From: Methylococcaceae bacterium
GTDB taxonomy: Bacteria; Pseudomonadota; Gammaproteobacteria; Methylococcales; Methylomonadaceae
Assembly (NCBI GenBank): GCA_037130115.1
Contig: JBAXTQ010000003.1
Location: 430 to 64,429, forward strand
Direction: 5' to 3'
Length of the DNA stretch: 64,000 nucleotides
The translations under genes and the position numbers were made by a program. This document shows positions 48,171 to 57,378 of the stretch, piece after piece; positions within the stretch are counted from its first letter, which is position 1; every line of letters starts with the position of its first letter. Under the pieces are notes generated by a model, which did no database searches, was not told the origin of the DNA, and saw nothing but the letters and a program-made list of their open reading frames with translations.

Positions 48171-48208
48171 TTTTATTAAACTATGTTATATAACACAGTT
48201 TAATAAAA
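48171..48208. promoter_or_regulatory. 38-bp near-perfect palindrome, probable operator
   Basis: TTTTATTAAACT-A-TGTTATATAACA-C-AGTTTAATAAAA; a third AGTTTAATAAAA half-site at 48232-48243. Confidence 0.55.
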
Positions 48209-48323
48209 TGGCATGAAGATTTTTTAGTAAAAGTTTAATAAAATCAAATAGTTAATATTTTGGCATTAATTGTGCTTTTAATTATTTATATTTTGTTAAT
48301 TAATTGTATCGCAGGGGTAAATA

Positions 48324-48539
48324 ATGAATCAGCAATTAGCTCACTCAGACGTTAAAAAAACCAATAATGGCGCGTTGTTGTTAGGAACAGGTTTAGTGGT
48401 TGCATCCATGATTTTAGTTCCGGCTTTGGCAGTTAGGTTGGGTTTGGGGGCCAGTTTAACGGGAGCCTTAAGAATTGCCCTGATGAAGGCATCAAATCGT
48501 GCGGTCTGTAGTAATAGGGATATTTCCAAAGCCGCTTAG
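48324..48539 (+). CDS. Small hydrophobic Gly-rich protein (DUF5132/FezA-like, tentative)
   Basis: GALLLGTGLVVASMILVPALAVRLGLG hydrophobic stretch followed by a basic helix. Confidence 0.5.
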   Translation: MNQQLAHSDVKKTNNGALLLGTGLVVASMILVPALAVRLGLGASLTGALRIALMKASNRAVCSNRDISKAA

Positions 48540-48639
48540 GAACGTGCATGAAAGCACTTGACCCTTTGTATCCCCTCACCCCAACCCTCTCCCGGTGGGA
48601 GAGGGAGCAAGATGCTTAAGTTATTTCATGCGCACTCCT
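48539..48639. mobile_element. MITE-like element with internal CCCTCTCCC..GGGAGAGGG palindrome
   Basis: Imperfect TIRs GGAACGTGCATGAAAGCACTT / AAGTTATTTCATGCGCACTCC. Confidence 0.55.
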
Positions 48640-48925
48640 TGGTTAAAAGCATGAAACAATTTTTGTACATCTCGCCCCGCTGGCAGTAGCCATAAACTCT
48701 TCGGCCAAGCTTGAGTCAACGAGCCGCCCTGTTTTACAGGCCGGCTCATTTTAATGGCCTATCCTGCGTTATTAAATCCTGGCTTAAACTGACTCCATAA
48801 AGTCATTCTTTACCTGCTTTGCTTATGGGATCGTCTATTTTACCGGCCAGCAAGAAATTTCTGGTTGTTGTAATATAATTAATAGTTTGCTAGTATTCTT
48901 CTCAGTTTAAATCTGATAGTTAATT

Positions 48926-49096
48926 ATGATGACTGATACTAAAAAAGTGTGTGATCTTTGCGGGTTGCCTGTCGAAGTGCTTGGCTTTACACTGAAAACT
49001 CAAGACGGTGATAAAGCGTTTTGTTGCGAAGGTTGCAAGGGCATTTATCAATTGTTAAATGAAGATCAGCTTCTGACTGAATCGGATCAGGATTAA
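48926..49096 (+). CDS. 56-aa Cys-rich metal-binding protein (stand-alone CcoI/FixI N-terminal-type domain); missing from ORF track
   Basis: Hand translation MMTDTKKVCDLCGLPVEVLGFTLKTQDGDKAFCCEGCKGIYQLLNEDQLLTESDQD*: CxxC...FCCxGCxxIY. Confidence 0.85.
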   Translation: MMTDTKKVCDLCGLPVEVLGFTLKTQDGDKAFCCEGCKGIYQLLNEDQLLTESDQD

Positions 49097-49133
49097 TAGT
49101 CTTCCATTTTCAACATTTAAGAGAAAATTAAAA

Positions 49134-49409
49134 ATGAAGCATGCACAAAATGCAGCAAGTTCGGTTGCCAAAGAAGTCGTTAAGGGGTCAATTGTTTCAT
49201 CTACAGTACATACGGGGAGTAGACTGATGAGTAATGTTGCCAAGCATCCGGTTCTGGTTTTTGGTTTAGGTCTGGTAGCAGGTTATCTGGTCTATAAATA
49301 CAGAAAAGAAATAGTTTCCAGCACCACAAAAGTCGTGGATGCCGGTAAAGATTTTGTGTTGCAACAAAAAGAAAATCTTGAAGATATTGTCGCTGAAAGC
49401 AAAGAATAG
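49134..49409 (+). CDS. Small GxxxG membrane protein with acidic C-terminal helix (FezA/DUF5132-like)
   Basis: HPVLVFGLGLVAGYLVYKYRKE...QQKENLEDIVAESKE; GAGAAA SD region upstream. Confidence 0.65.
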   Translation: MKHAQNAASSVAKEVVKGSIVSSTVHTGSRLMSNVAKHPVLVFGLGLVAGYLVYKYRKEIVSSTTKVVDAGKDFVLQQKENLEDIVAESKE

Positions 49410-49533
49410 CCAATAGATTCTTTATTAAAGTTGACTTGTTCTGTATAGAATTAAGTAGCTTCATTAACGGGTGTTTTTCCTGTCTGCATAGAGTCAGGGC
49501 GCCCGTTTTGTTTTTTCAGGGGCTTGTTTAGTT

Positions 49534-50145
49534 ATGTCTATCCAAAAAGAATTTGTGCTGCGTTATAACGTGGGCGGGCATGTCCGGTTTGAAATACCCG
49601 CCCGGATTTGTAATGTTGATGTCGCCAAAGCGGTAACGGATGGGATTTCCGGGATAGACGGTGTATACCGCGTTAATCTTTATCGCAGTCAGCAGAAATT
49701 ATCTATCCGTTTCAATGAAACTGTTTGTGATTTTAAATCGCTGGCTCGGCAATTATTTGATTTACTGGCTGAACTGGATACAAAAGGTGCCTTAAAGCCA
49801 ACGCCGGTTTCAACATCAACCCGTTGGAAAGAAAAGGCTAAAGCCCGATTAGATGATTTTAAAATAACCCGGTGGGCCAAGGAAAAATTTGGCGCTGCAA
49901 AAGAAACTGTTCAGGCTGCCAAAGTGATAACCCGGCTGGGTATGAAAAAGCCGAACGCTTTTATCGACGATCCGGAAAAAGCCGTCATTTCTTTTTTGAA
50001 TGATATTCTGGTGCTCTTTCTTATAAAACTGCACTGGAACGATATTACCCAAAAGTGGCTTTTAAAACCCTTCATGTATCGTTATGAATGGATGGCTCTG
50101 TTTTATCTATTCTTTTTGCTGGTTAGGTCACGTAAACAAAAATAG
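49534..50145 (+). CDS. Cys-motif-less HMA2-like domain + C-terminal TM helices (FezC-like architecture)
   Basis: LRYNVGGHVRFEIP...GIDGVYRVNL...KLSIRF ferredoxin-like pattern; two hydrophobic C-terminal segments. Confidence 0.6.
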   Translation: MSIQKEFVLRYNVGGHVRFEIPARICNVDVAKAVTDGISGIDGVYRVNLYRSQQKLSIRFNETVCDFKSLARQLFDLLAELDTKGALKPTPVSTSTRWKEKAKARLDDFKITRWAKEKFGAAKETVQAAKVITRLGMKKPNAFIDDPEKAVISFLNDILVLFLIKLHWNDITQKWLLKPFMYRYEWMALFYLFFLLVRSRKQK

Positions 50146-50158
50146 ATAAGGGGACGCA

Positions 50159-50211
50159 AGGCGAAAGACCAAAGGCGAAGGCCGGCTATGTTCGACTTTA
50201 GTCTTTTACCT
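50159..50211. repeat. Intra-operonic inverted repeat
   Basis: AGGCGAAAGACCAAAGGCGAA / TTCGACTTTAGTCTTTTACCT arms. Confidence 0.55.
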
Positions 50212-50292
50212 ACCCTTCTCATTTTATCTGATAAGTTATATTAGATCTTTAATTCGTTACACCCCTCCTGCCTATTCCGGAAAACTAGCGTT

Positions 50293-52749
50293 ATGGATAC
50301 ACAAACTTCTGCACCAAAAAATTTCCAACTGGTTCATCAATTAAAAAGGCGTATCAGAATACTGTCGCCAGTCTTAAAAAATGACCAAGAGCGCGGCTAT
50401 ATTTTTGAAATCCTGTTAAAAAAACGACCCGAAATAAAAAATATTCGCTCGGTTTATGCGTTAGGTTCTGTTGTTATTGAATTTGATTCGACCCGCTTAC
50501 CCACAAAGAATTTACTGATTTTGCTGGATGCGGTGCTGGGTAATATTGCCCGGAAAAAGTCTGACCAGAACCAGCAACAAAAGAAAATCTTTGAGGGGAT
50601 AGTACACGAAGTTGATCTTGCCGTTGAGGGCATGACTTGTGCATCCTGCGCCTTATTAATCGAAATGGTGTTAAAGCGCGACCCCCGAATCAAGCAGGCC
50701 AGTGTTAATTTTGGCACATCAACCCTGACGGTTCATGGCCAGTTGGCCAGGGATGATGTCAGCGCCAAGGTTGCAACCCTGGGTTATAAAACCTACGCGA
50801 TGGATACCTTATCGCAACGCAAAAACCTGATTGAAAAGGAACAGCAGCGGATTGTTATGGCTAAACGCCGATTTATCTGGTCGGGATTGTTAAGCTTGCC
50901 TGTTGTTATCGTTGGGATGACTATGCCGACCACGCGCTGGTTACACTGGTTGCAGTTTGCACTCACCACGCCCGTGGTGTTTTGGTCGGGTGGAACATTT
51001 TTTGCAAAAGCGTGGCGGTTGGCAAAACAGCGCACTGCCAATATGGACACCTTAATTGCCCTGGGGGTCGGTTCTGCATACAGCTACAGTCTGCCGGCCT
51101 TATTCCGACGTAACGGGCATATCTACTTTGAGGCCGGTGCGGCCATTATCACCTTTGTATTGCTGGGGCGCTTCTTGGAAGAGCGGGCTAAAGGCAAGGC
51201 CGGTGTAGCGATACGCAAACTGGTTGATCTACAACCGCAAACCGCGACCGTCATTCGTGACGGGCAAGAAATTATAATTGCCGTTGATGATTGTGTGCTT
51301 GACGATGTATTACTGGTGCGTCCCGGCGAGAAAATTCCGACTGACGGCATCGTTATTCACGGTGTGTCCACCGTTGATGAAGCCATGGTGACGGGGGAAA
51401 GTCTGCCGGTCGTAAAAGACGTAGGCCATAAAGTGATAGGTGGTTGTGTTAACGGTAGCGGTGCGTTGCGTGTTCGCGTTACCGCAGTCGGTATGGATAC
51501 CGTACTGGCCGGCATAGTACACATGGTCGATCAGGCGCAGGCAACCAAATTACCGATTCAAAAACAGGTGGATAAAATTTCCGCCGTATTTGTGCCCTCC
51601 GTGATGGTGCTGTCAGGCTTAACAATGGTCGGCTGGCTACTGGTCGGTGCACCCTTTGGTTTTGCTTTTGGCAATGCCATTACCGTGTTATTGATTGCTT
51701 GCCCTTGTGCGCTGGGCTTGGCAACGCCTGCGGCGATTATGGTGGGCGCGGGGCAGGCCGCTCGTGAAGGTATTTATATCCGTAATGGCGAAAGTCTGGA
51801 AACAGCAGCCAAGCTTAATGTCGTGGTTTTTGATAAAACCGGTACGATTACGGAAGGCAAACCTAAGGTGACGGATTTACTTAAATTATCCCGAATGAGC
51901 GATGAAAAACTCATCCGCTTGGCCGCTTCCGCAGAAAATAATTCAGAACATTTTTTGGGTAAAGCGATAGTGGCTTACGCTAAAGAACAAGCTATCGAGT
52001 TACAGGAATGCACGCATTTTTACAGTGAAACCGGACGGGGCATTGAAGCCGAAGTGGACGGTAAAGCGTTGTTGCTGGGTAACAAGGCATGGCTGCTGGA
52101 TAAAGAGATCATCGTTGACGGCTTGTTGAATGCCGCCAGTGATTTTTCAGGGCAGGGTAAGACTCCGGTATTTATGGCCATCAACGGCAAAGCTGCGGCG
52201 GTATTTGGCATTGCTGACAAACCCAGGCCACAGGCCATTCAGGCTATTGTGCATTTGAAAAAACTGGGCATACAAACACTCATGGTAACCGGTGACACCG
52301 AAAAAACGGCTCACTATATTGCCGCTATTGTCGGTATTGAAACGGTTATCGCCAATGCCAGACCTGAGCAAAAACTGGCTATTATTCACCAGTTTCAAAA
52401 AGAGGGTAAAAAAGTCGGCATGATTGGTGACGGCATTAATGATGCGCCTGCATTGGCGGCGGCCGATGTCGGTTTTGCCATTGGCACAGGGACTGATATA
52501 GCGATTGAGTCTGCGGATATGACGCTGGTACATGGCGATATTACCAAAGTGACCGGGGCTATTCAGTTAAGTACCGATACCATCAGAATCATTAAGCAAA
52601 ACTTATTCTGGGCATTTGCTTATAACGTTATTGCCATTCCGGTCGCGTCTATGGGTAAACTTAACCCGATGATAGCGTCTGCGGCAATGGCCTTAAGTTC
52701 GGTTTCGGTTATTGTTAATTCATTACGGTTAAGTAAAAAACAGGATTAA
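50293..52749 (+). CDS. P1B-1 (Cu+-type) heavy-metal ATPase with extra N-terminal HMA2-like domain
   Basis: [10 protein letters not shown]-domain, [50 protein letters not shown]. Confidence 0.92.
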   Translation: MDTQTSAPKNFQLVHQLKRRIRILSPVLKNDQERGYIFEILLKKRPEIKNIRSVYALGSVVIEFDSTRLPTKNLLILLDAVLGNIARKKSDQNQQQKKIFEGIVHEVDLAVEGMTCASCALLIEMVLKRDPRIKQASVNFGTSTLTVHGQLARDDVSAKVATLGYKTYAMDTLSQRKNLIEKEQQRIVMAKRRFIWSGLLSLPVVIVGMTMPTTRWLHWLQFALTTPVVFWSGGTFFAKAWRLAKQRTANMDTLIALGVGSAYSYSLPALFRRNGHIYFEAGAAIITFVLLGRFLEERAKGKAGVAIRKLVDLQPQTATVIRDGQEIIIAVDDCVLDDVLLVRPGEKIPTDGIVIHGVSTVDEAMVTGESLPVVKDVGHKVIGGCVNGSGALRVRVTAVGMDTVLAGIVHMVDQAQATKLPIQKQVDKISAVFVPSVMVLSGLTMVGWLLVGAPFGFAFGNAITVLLIACPCALGLATPAAIMVGAGQAAREGIYIRNGESLETAAKLNVVVFDKTGTITEGKPKVTDLLKLSRMSDEKLIRLAASAENNSEHFLGKAIVAYAKEQAIELQECTHFYSETGRGIEAEVDGKALLLGNKAWLLDKEIIVDGLLNAASDFSGQGKTPVFMAINGKAAAVFGIADKPRPQAIQAIVHLKKLGIQTLMVTGDTEKTAHYIAAIVGIETVIANARPEQKLAIIHQFQKEGKKVGMIGDGINDAPALAAADVGFAIGTGTDIAIESADMTLVHGDITKVTGAIQLSTDTIRIIKQNLFWAFAYNVIAIPVASMGKLNPMIASAAMALSSVSVIVNSLRLSKKQD

Positions 52750-52751
52750 AA

Positions 52752-53582
52752 ATGGATCATTCAACGATGGATATGGGCATGCAGCATGTGACTGTTGCTG
52801 CGGGCGGCTTTGATTACGGACTGGCTTTTATGGCGGGTGTATTAGGCAGCGGACATTGTTTGGGCATGTGTGGCGCTCTGGTGTCGGGTTACTTTATGAA
52901 AGCGGGGCCTTCAAAGCGTTATTTGCCGTATTTTATGTATCAGTTGGCCCGGATATTCGTTTATACGATGGTCGGTTTTGCGGCAGCAGCACTCGGATTT
53001 GTTCTGGTTTCCAGCGGCGTGTTTGGCAAGGTTCAAAGTATCTTGCAGATGTTTATCGGCGCAGTCGTTATTATTCTTGCGCTGGGGATTTTAGGCTGGA
53101 TTCCTTTTCAGGGCTCCGTCAGATTATTACCCATGAATTTATTGCGTCGGGGTTATGCAGAATCAAGAACCAAAGGCCCGCTACTGGGTGCCACCATTGC
53201 GGGCTTGTTAAACGGCTTAATGCCTTGCCCGTTAACCTTTGCCATGGCGGTTAAAGCAACGTCAGCCACTACCGTGATGGAAGGCGGTTTGTTAATGCTG
53301 ACTTTTGGCGCGGGTACGCTGCCGACCATGCTGTTTGTCAGTCTGGCGTTTGGCAAAATGAGCGCCCATTTTAGAGGCTTAATGTTAAAGTCGGCTGCAC
53401 TTATTATGATTATAATGGGCTGTAACACCATTTACATGGGCATGTCATTTTATGTGGCAGACAGTTTTCAGCAACATAATTTTATTTACGACATTAAGCA
53501 TGAAATTGATGCCATTATTTTGTTTCTTGGGCAAATGGTTGATTACTATGCCGGCATGATAAAAAACATTCAGGGCCAATAA
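52752..53582 (+). CDS. DsbD_2/TauE-like membrane protein with Met/His-rich N-terminus
   Basis: MDHSTMDMGMQH; GSGHCLGMCG; LNGLMPC; FGAGTLP; starts 2 nt after the ATPase stop. Confidence 0.85.
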   Translation: MDHSTMDMGMQHVTVAAGGFDYGLAFMAGVLGSGHCLGMCGALVSGYFMKAGPSKRYLPYFMYQLARIFVYTMVGFAAAALGFVLVSSGVFGKVQSILQMFIGAVVIILALGILGWIPFQGSVRLLPMNLLRRGYAESRTKGPLLGATIAGLLNGLMPCPLTFAMAVKATSATTVMEGGLLMLTFGAGTLPTMLFVSLAFGKMSAHFRGLMLKSAALIMIIMGCNTIYMGMSFYVADSFQQHNFIYDIKHEIDAIILFLGQMVDYYAGMIKNIQGQ

Positions 53583-53684
53583 ATGCAACAAGCTGATTTC
53601 CCTCGAACCTAATAATTAAAAACCTTGAATATCAAATAGCAAGGCTTAGGCAGCACGCAGAAAATATACCCCGGAATACGCCTG

Positions 53685-53710
53685 GTTCCCACGCCGGAGC
53701 GTGAGAACGA
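53685..53710. repeat. REP (TTCCCACGCCGGAGCGTG family)
   Basis: Same motif as 7677-7700. Confidence 0.65.
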
Positions 53711-53843
53711 TGGGGTGGGGGTTATTTATCAGGCAAGGAGTTACGCGGCCGTGTTGATGAATCAAGGCTTACCCACCCTATCAGCAATGGGGACTAGCGA
53801 TGCCAATCCGCTTTTTCGCGTAGTCCCGTTGCCCAAGCCGGAT

Positions 53844-54212
53844 TTATTTTGAAGCGTCTTGATTGCCTGCATCATCTTGAGATTCTGCAAGCAGCTCTTT
53901 AAGATTTTCTTTTTGACGCAACACAAAGTCCCTGCTTTGTTCGGTGGTTTTGCTGGTGATTGAAATAATTTCTTTACGATATTTATGGGTAAAATAACCC
54001 GCAGTAATACCCAGGCCGAACATAACAAAAGGGTGCCTGGCCAGCGTCGATATAATGCCTTTCCCGGATTGTATAATGGCTGATGCCGCCACCGCTGTAG
54101 CAACGCCCTTAACGACCAACTCACCTTTAGACGTTTGGCTGGCGTTTAGGGGCTTATGTTCAGTAGCCTGATTTACCTTGTTAGAGTCGGATTCTGTCGC
54201 GTTATGATTCAT
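53844..54212 (-). CDS. Paralogue of 49134-49409 small GxxxG membrane protein
   Basis: VVKGVA...HPFVMFGLGITAGYFTHKYRKEI...DFVLRQKENLKELLAES. Confidence 0.75.
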   Translation of the reverse strand: MNHNATESDSNKVNQATEHKPLNASQTSKGELVVKGVATAVAASAIIQSGKGIISTLARHPFVMFGLGITAGYFTHKYRKEIISITSKTTEQSRDFVLRQKENLKELLAESQDDAGNQDASK

Positions 54213-54265
54213 TGAATGCTCCCGTGTTAAGTGAAATTTATGGGTAACTAATCAGCCGTTAAAAA

Positions 54266-54389
54266 ATAGAACACGGATAACACGGATAAGCGAGCTTTCT
54301 TGATGTTATCAGAAAGTTACCTATAAACACTTAATGGCTTTTTCCGACTAAAATGAAACTCGTTGAAACCCGTGTAATCAGTGTTCTAT
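54266..54389. repeat. AACACGGATAACACGG-family inverted repeat element
   Basis: ATAGAACACGGATAACACGGA / CCCGTGTAATCAGTGTTCTAT arms. Confidence 0.6.
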
Positions 54390-54511
54390 GATCTAAGCCA
54401 ACCTCTACTGAATCGTTACCTGTTTATTTAAGATCATTTTTATTGAATGTTATACAGATTTAATCAATATTTTTCCATAGCAATATAAAAGGAACACCAG
54501 GAGCGTATTCA

Positions 54512-55744
54512 TTGAAAATGATAGTCAGACAGTTTCTTGCGGGAGTCATCGTATTCTTAACTTTTGTTTTAAGTGCAGCGGCTTTTACAGAGAGTACTGT
54601 TTTATTGCCGGATAAAAGCAGTGTGCCAGCGGTATCAGCAAATGATATTGAAATCTTCGTTCGTAATGGCTGTCCGCACTGCGCCAAAGCGGAGCTGTTT
54701 TTACAGAGACTTAAACGTGAGCAACCGGCTCTAAAGATAGTCAGTCACGATGTCGTTGAGGAACCGGCTGCATTGGCGCAATTACATCAACTGGTTAAAA
54801 ATAATGGCTTAGGCGCGGTGAGAGTACCCGCTTTTTGGGTGGGTGACCAATTGATTGTCGGTTATTCTGATGAGATAACCACAGGGCAACTTGTTCGTAA
54901 CGCGTTGGCGCAAACGAAAATCCGAAAAAATCAGGCCGCTTCAGGTAGTTGTGAAGCCGAGCAACCCTTGCCCTGCGAAGCAGATGCCGGATTATCAACC
55001 CACGTTACGCCACCTTTTTTTCTGGATTTTTTAGGTCACAGGCTGTCGCTGGATGAAGTGGGTTTGCCGCTGTTTACCTTGGCCATGGGTTTGCTGGACG
55101 GCTTTAATCCTTGTTCGATGTGGGTGCTGATATTTGTGATCTCGCTGCTTGCGCCGATGAACAACCGGTTACGGATGTTCGCCATCGCGGGTACTTTTGT
55201 TGCGGTTGAAGGTCTGGCTTATTTTATATTCATGGCGGCCTGGCTTAATTTGTTCTTGTTCATTGGTTTGTCCCGACTTTCGGAAATAGTCATAGCTGTC
55301 ATTGCTCTTTTGGCAGGATTGATTAATCTCAAGGATTTTCGGTTTTACGGCAAGGGTTTTTCACTGTCGATTCCCGATGCCGCAAAGCCGGATATTTATG
55401 CCGGAATGCGGCGTATTTTACAGGCGAAAAATCTTGCCGGAGCACTGATTGGCGCGGTGGTGCTGGCTATTTTAGTGCAGATAGTTGAGTTCATGTGTAC
55501 CTCAGGCTTTCCTGCGCTGTACACCCGAATACTGACATTGAAACAACTGGACCGCATAAGTTATTACAGTTATTTGCTGCTTTATAATGTGGCTTATATG
55601 TTCGATGACGTTATTATTTTAACGATAGGCATCATCACCTTAAGTCAGCGGCGGCTTCAGGAAAAGGAGGGTCGTTGGCTTAAATTAATCAGCGGACTGG
55701 TGATGGTAGGGCTGGGTATCTATTTAATCGTAGCGCCGACTTGA
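54512..55744 (+). CDS. Glutaredoxin-like (CPHC) domain fused to CcdA/DsbD-beta-like membrane domain
   Basis: Signal/TM, GCPHCAKA, VPAFWVG; membrane part with DGFNPCSMW and EFMCTSGFP. Confidence 0.8.
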   Translation: MKMIVRQFLAGVIVFLTFVLSAAAFTESTVLLPDKSSVPAVSANDIEIFVRNGCPHCAKAELFLQRLKREQPALKIVSHDVVEEPAALAQLHQLVKNNGLGAVRVPAFWVGDQLIVGYSDEITTGQLVRNALAQTKIRKNQAASGSCEAEQPLPCEADAGLSTHVTPPFFLDFLGHRLSLDEVGLPLFTLAMGLLDGFNPCSMWVLIFVISLLAPMNNRLRMFAIAGTFVAVEGLAYFIFMAAWLNLFLFIGLSRLSEIVIAVIALLAGLINLKDFRFYGKGFSLSIPDAAKPDIYAGMRRILQAKNLAGALIGAVVLAILVQIVEFMCTSGFPALYTRILTLKQLDRISYYSYLLLYNVAYMFDDVIILTIGIITLSQRRLQEKEGRWLKLISGLVMVGLGIYLIVAPT

Positions 55745-55987
55745 GGCATTTATTGTCGTGGTCATTGTTTGCTGTATAGATGCCGGTTTGTTTTAGGTAT
55801 CCAAGCCAAGAATCGATGCCTGATTTTTTGAGTGCAGAGGTTAAGTCTGCGCTTTTAATGTTTAACGGTACGCACAGCGACACTACACGGCTATGACATG
55901 ACTGGAAAACAACAGCAAAATAATGCCAATGACTACAATCCAAAAAATAATATGTTTTACTTTTTTCATGGCGCAGACCTTCTGGCG

Positions 55988-56281
55988 TTAAGGATAATGA
56001 TAAAACAGGCCATTCAGATGGCGACTGACCGCCTCGATGTCATTTTTACTCCATTCAAGTCCGGAAATATGCTGCCAGCGATCCACTTCGGTTATCAGGC
56101 TTTTCCAGTCAGTCACACTTTTCTTTTCTCGCCAGTGTATCTGCCGGGTATGACATTGCAGGCAATGATTTTCGTAAAGCATCGCACCCCGATAAGCATC
56201 ATTCGGGAGGCCGTTTCCGGCAAAAGCAGCGGTTATACCGAGGATAAAAATGCACACACACTTAAACCCATATCCAGTCAT
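55988..56281 (-). CDS. Small monohaem c-type cytochrome
   Basis: Signal peptide, GAMLYENHCLQCH (CxxCH), V.RWQ...L.WS..DI..V..HLN..FY. Confidence 0.8.
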   Translation of the reverse strand: MTGYGFKCVCIFILGITAAFAGNGLPNDAYRGAMLYENHCLQCHTRQIHWREKKSVTDWKSLITEVDRWQHISGLEWSKNDIEAVSRHLNGLFYHYP

Positions 56282-56358
56282 TTTAATCTCCAGTGCGGTA
56301 TTAATGATTAAGGTGAAATGAAGCTATAGACTTTCAGATCAATAATTTCCATGTCGAC

Positions 56359-56589
56359 AGATACCATCCTTTAAGGAATAGGTATCTACGCAGATCGTCA
56401 TCCCGGCAGGGATTGCCGGGATCCAGAAGCCATGGATGGCAATCTTGAATTACGCAAACCATTTTTTAGTTATATCAAGCTACTTTTTATCTGATTTTTC
56501 ACATCCCTGTGCCCTGGATTCCGGCAATCCCTGCCGGAATGACGGCTATATGACTTGTGTAGATACCATTCCTTTAAGGGATGTTATCT
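56359..56589. mobile_element. GTCATCCCGGCAGGGATTGCCGG REP doublet bracketed by two 29-bp palindromes
   Basis: AGATACCATCCTTTAAGGAATAGGTATCT (56359-56387) and AGATACCATTCCTTTAAGGGATGTTATCT (56561-56589). Confidence 0.65.
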
Positions 56590-56695
56590 GTATAAACTTA
56601 CAGCGACACGAATTTAAAATTTCTGAAAGTCTATATTCTAAAAAACGTTATCCGCTCCGGCTTGGATTGATAGCCAAAAATCGATAGCCCTGTCT

Positions 56696-57337
56696 TTAAG
56701 AATTCTTGGGTAGCAGTGCGTCGGCATTACGTTTAGCCAGTGAATCAATAACGGCGCTTAATGAACCTTTCGTTTGAATTTCCTCGTTAAAGCTGGCACG
56801 GTAGTTAGTTACCAGGCTGACGCCATCAATCATAATATCGTAAACTTTCCACTCGCCCCTGCTCAGTAACATCCGGTAATTGACATCAACAGCTTGTTGC
56901 CCGGGTTGTATAACCTTGGTTTTTACGATGGCTTTTGTAGGTTCATTTGATATTTCAAGAGGCAATAAATCCATTGACCAGTCGTTATATTCCACAAAGG
57001 CTCTGGAGTAGGTTCTTACCAGCAATGTTTGAAATTCATGTTTAAAACGCTCTTGTTCTACTGTCGTAGCTGCTTTCCAATGCTTTCCTAAAACCAGCGG
57101 CGCAATTTTGTCGAAATCCGTATGGGGATCAATAACGCCACTAACAAATTGCGTCACTTGAGCAAAATTGCTGGCAAAGGCTTTATCCTTTAGTTTTTGC
57201 TTTATTTGGTCAGAAACATTTTGTATAACTTGTTGCGGGGGTTGTAACTCCTCCGAGAACCCTTTAGTGATGGGCATTAAACCGAGAAATATTATAAATA
57301 AACCCGATAGTGCGTAATGTTTAGTTTGATTTTTCAT
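56696..57337 (-). CDS. mlaC: MlaC/Ttg2D phospholipid-binding protein
   Basis: DFDKIAPLVLGKHW, F..LLVRTYS, WKVYDIMIDGVSLVTNYRASF. Confidence 0.88.
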   Translation of the reverse strand: MKNQTKHYALSGLFIIFLGLMPITKGFSEELQPPQQVIQNVSDQIKQKLKDKAFASNFAQVTQFVSGVIDPHTDFDKIAPLVLGKHWKAATTVEQERFKHEFQTLLVRTYSRAFVEYNDWSMDLLPLEISNEPTKAIVKTKVIQPGQQAVDVNYRMLLSRGEWKVYDIMIDGVSLVTNYRASFNEEIQTKGSLSAVIDSLAKRNADALLPKNS

Positions 57338-57378
57338 AATTAATGCCCTGGTGAAGCAAGTTACGAGCAAAGTCCGGA

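Noticed and set aside
48324-49409. Magnetosome (mam/mms) genes, because of small Gly/Leu-rich membrane proteins
   Set aside because: No mamK/A/B/E/M/Q-like genes; context is a P1B ATPase cluster.
50151-50211. GGGACGCAA suggests a c-di-GMP-I riboswitch
   Set aside because: No upstream GGCAAACC/GAAA P2 element; the sequence is explained by a simple inverted repeat.
53620-53770. TTGA...TCAA motifs as FNR boxes
   Set aside because: Spacing is 11-12 bp, not the 14-bp TTGAT-N4-ATCAA consensus.
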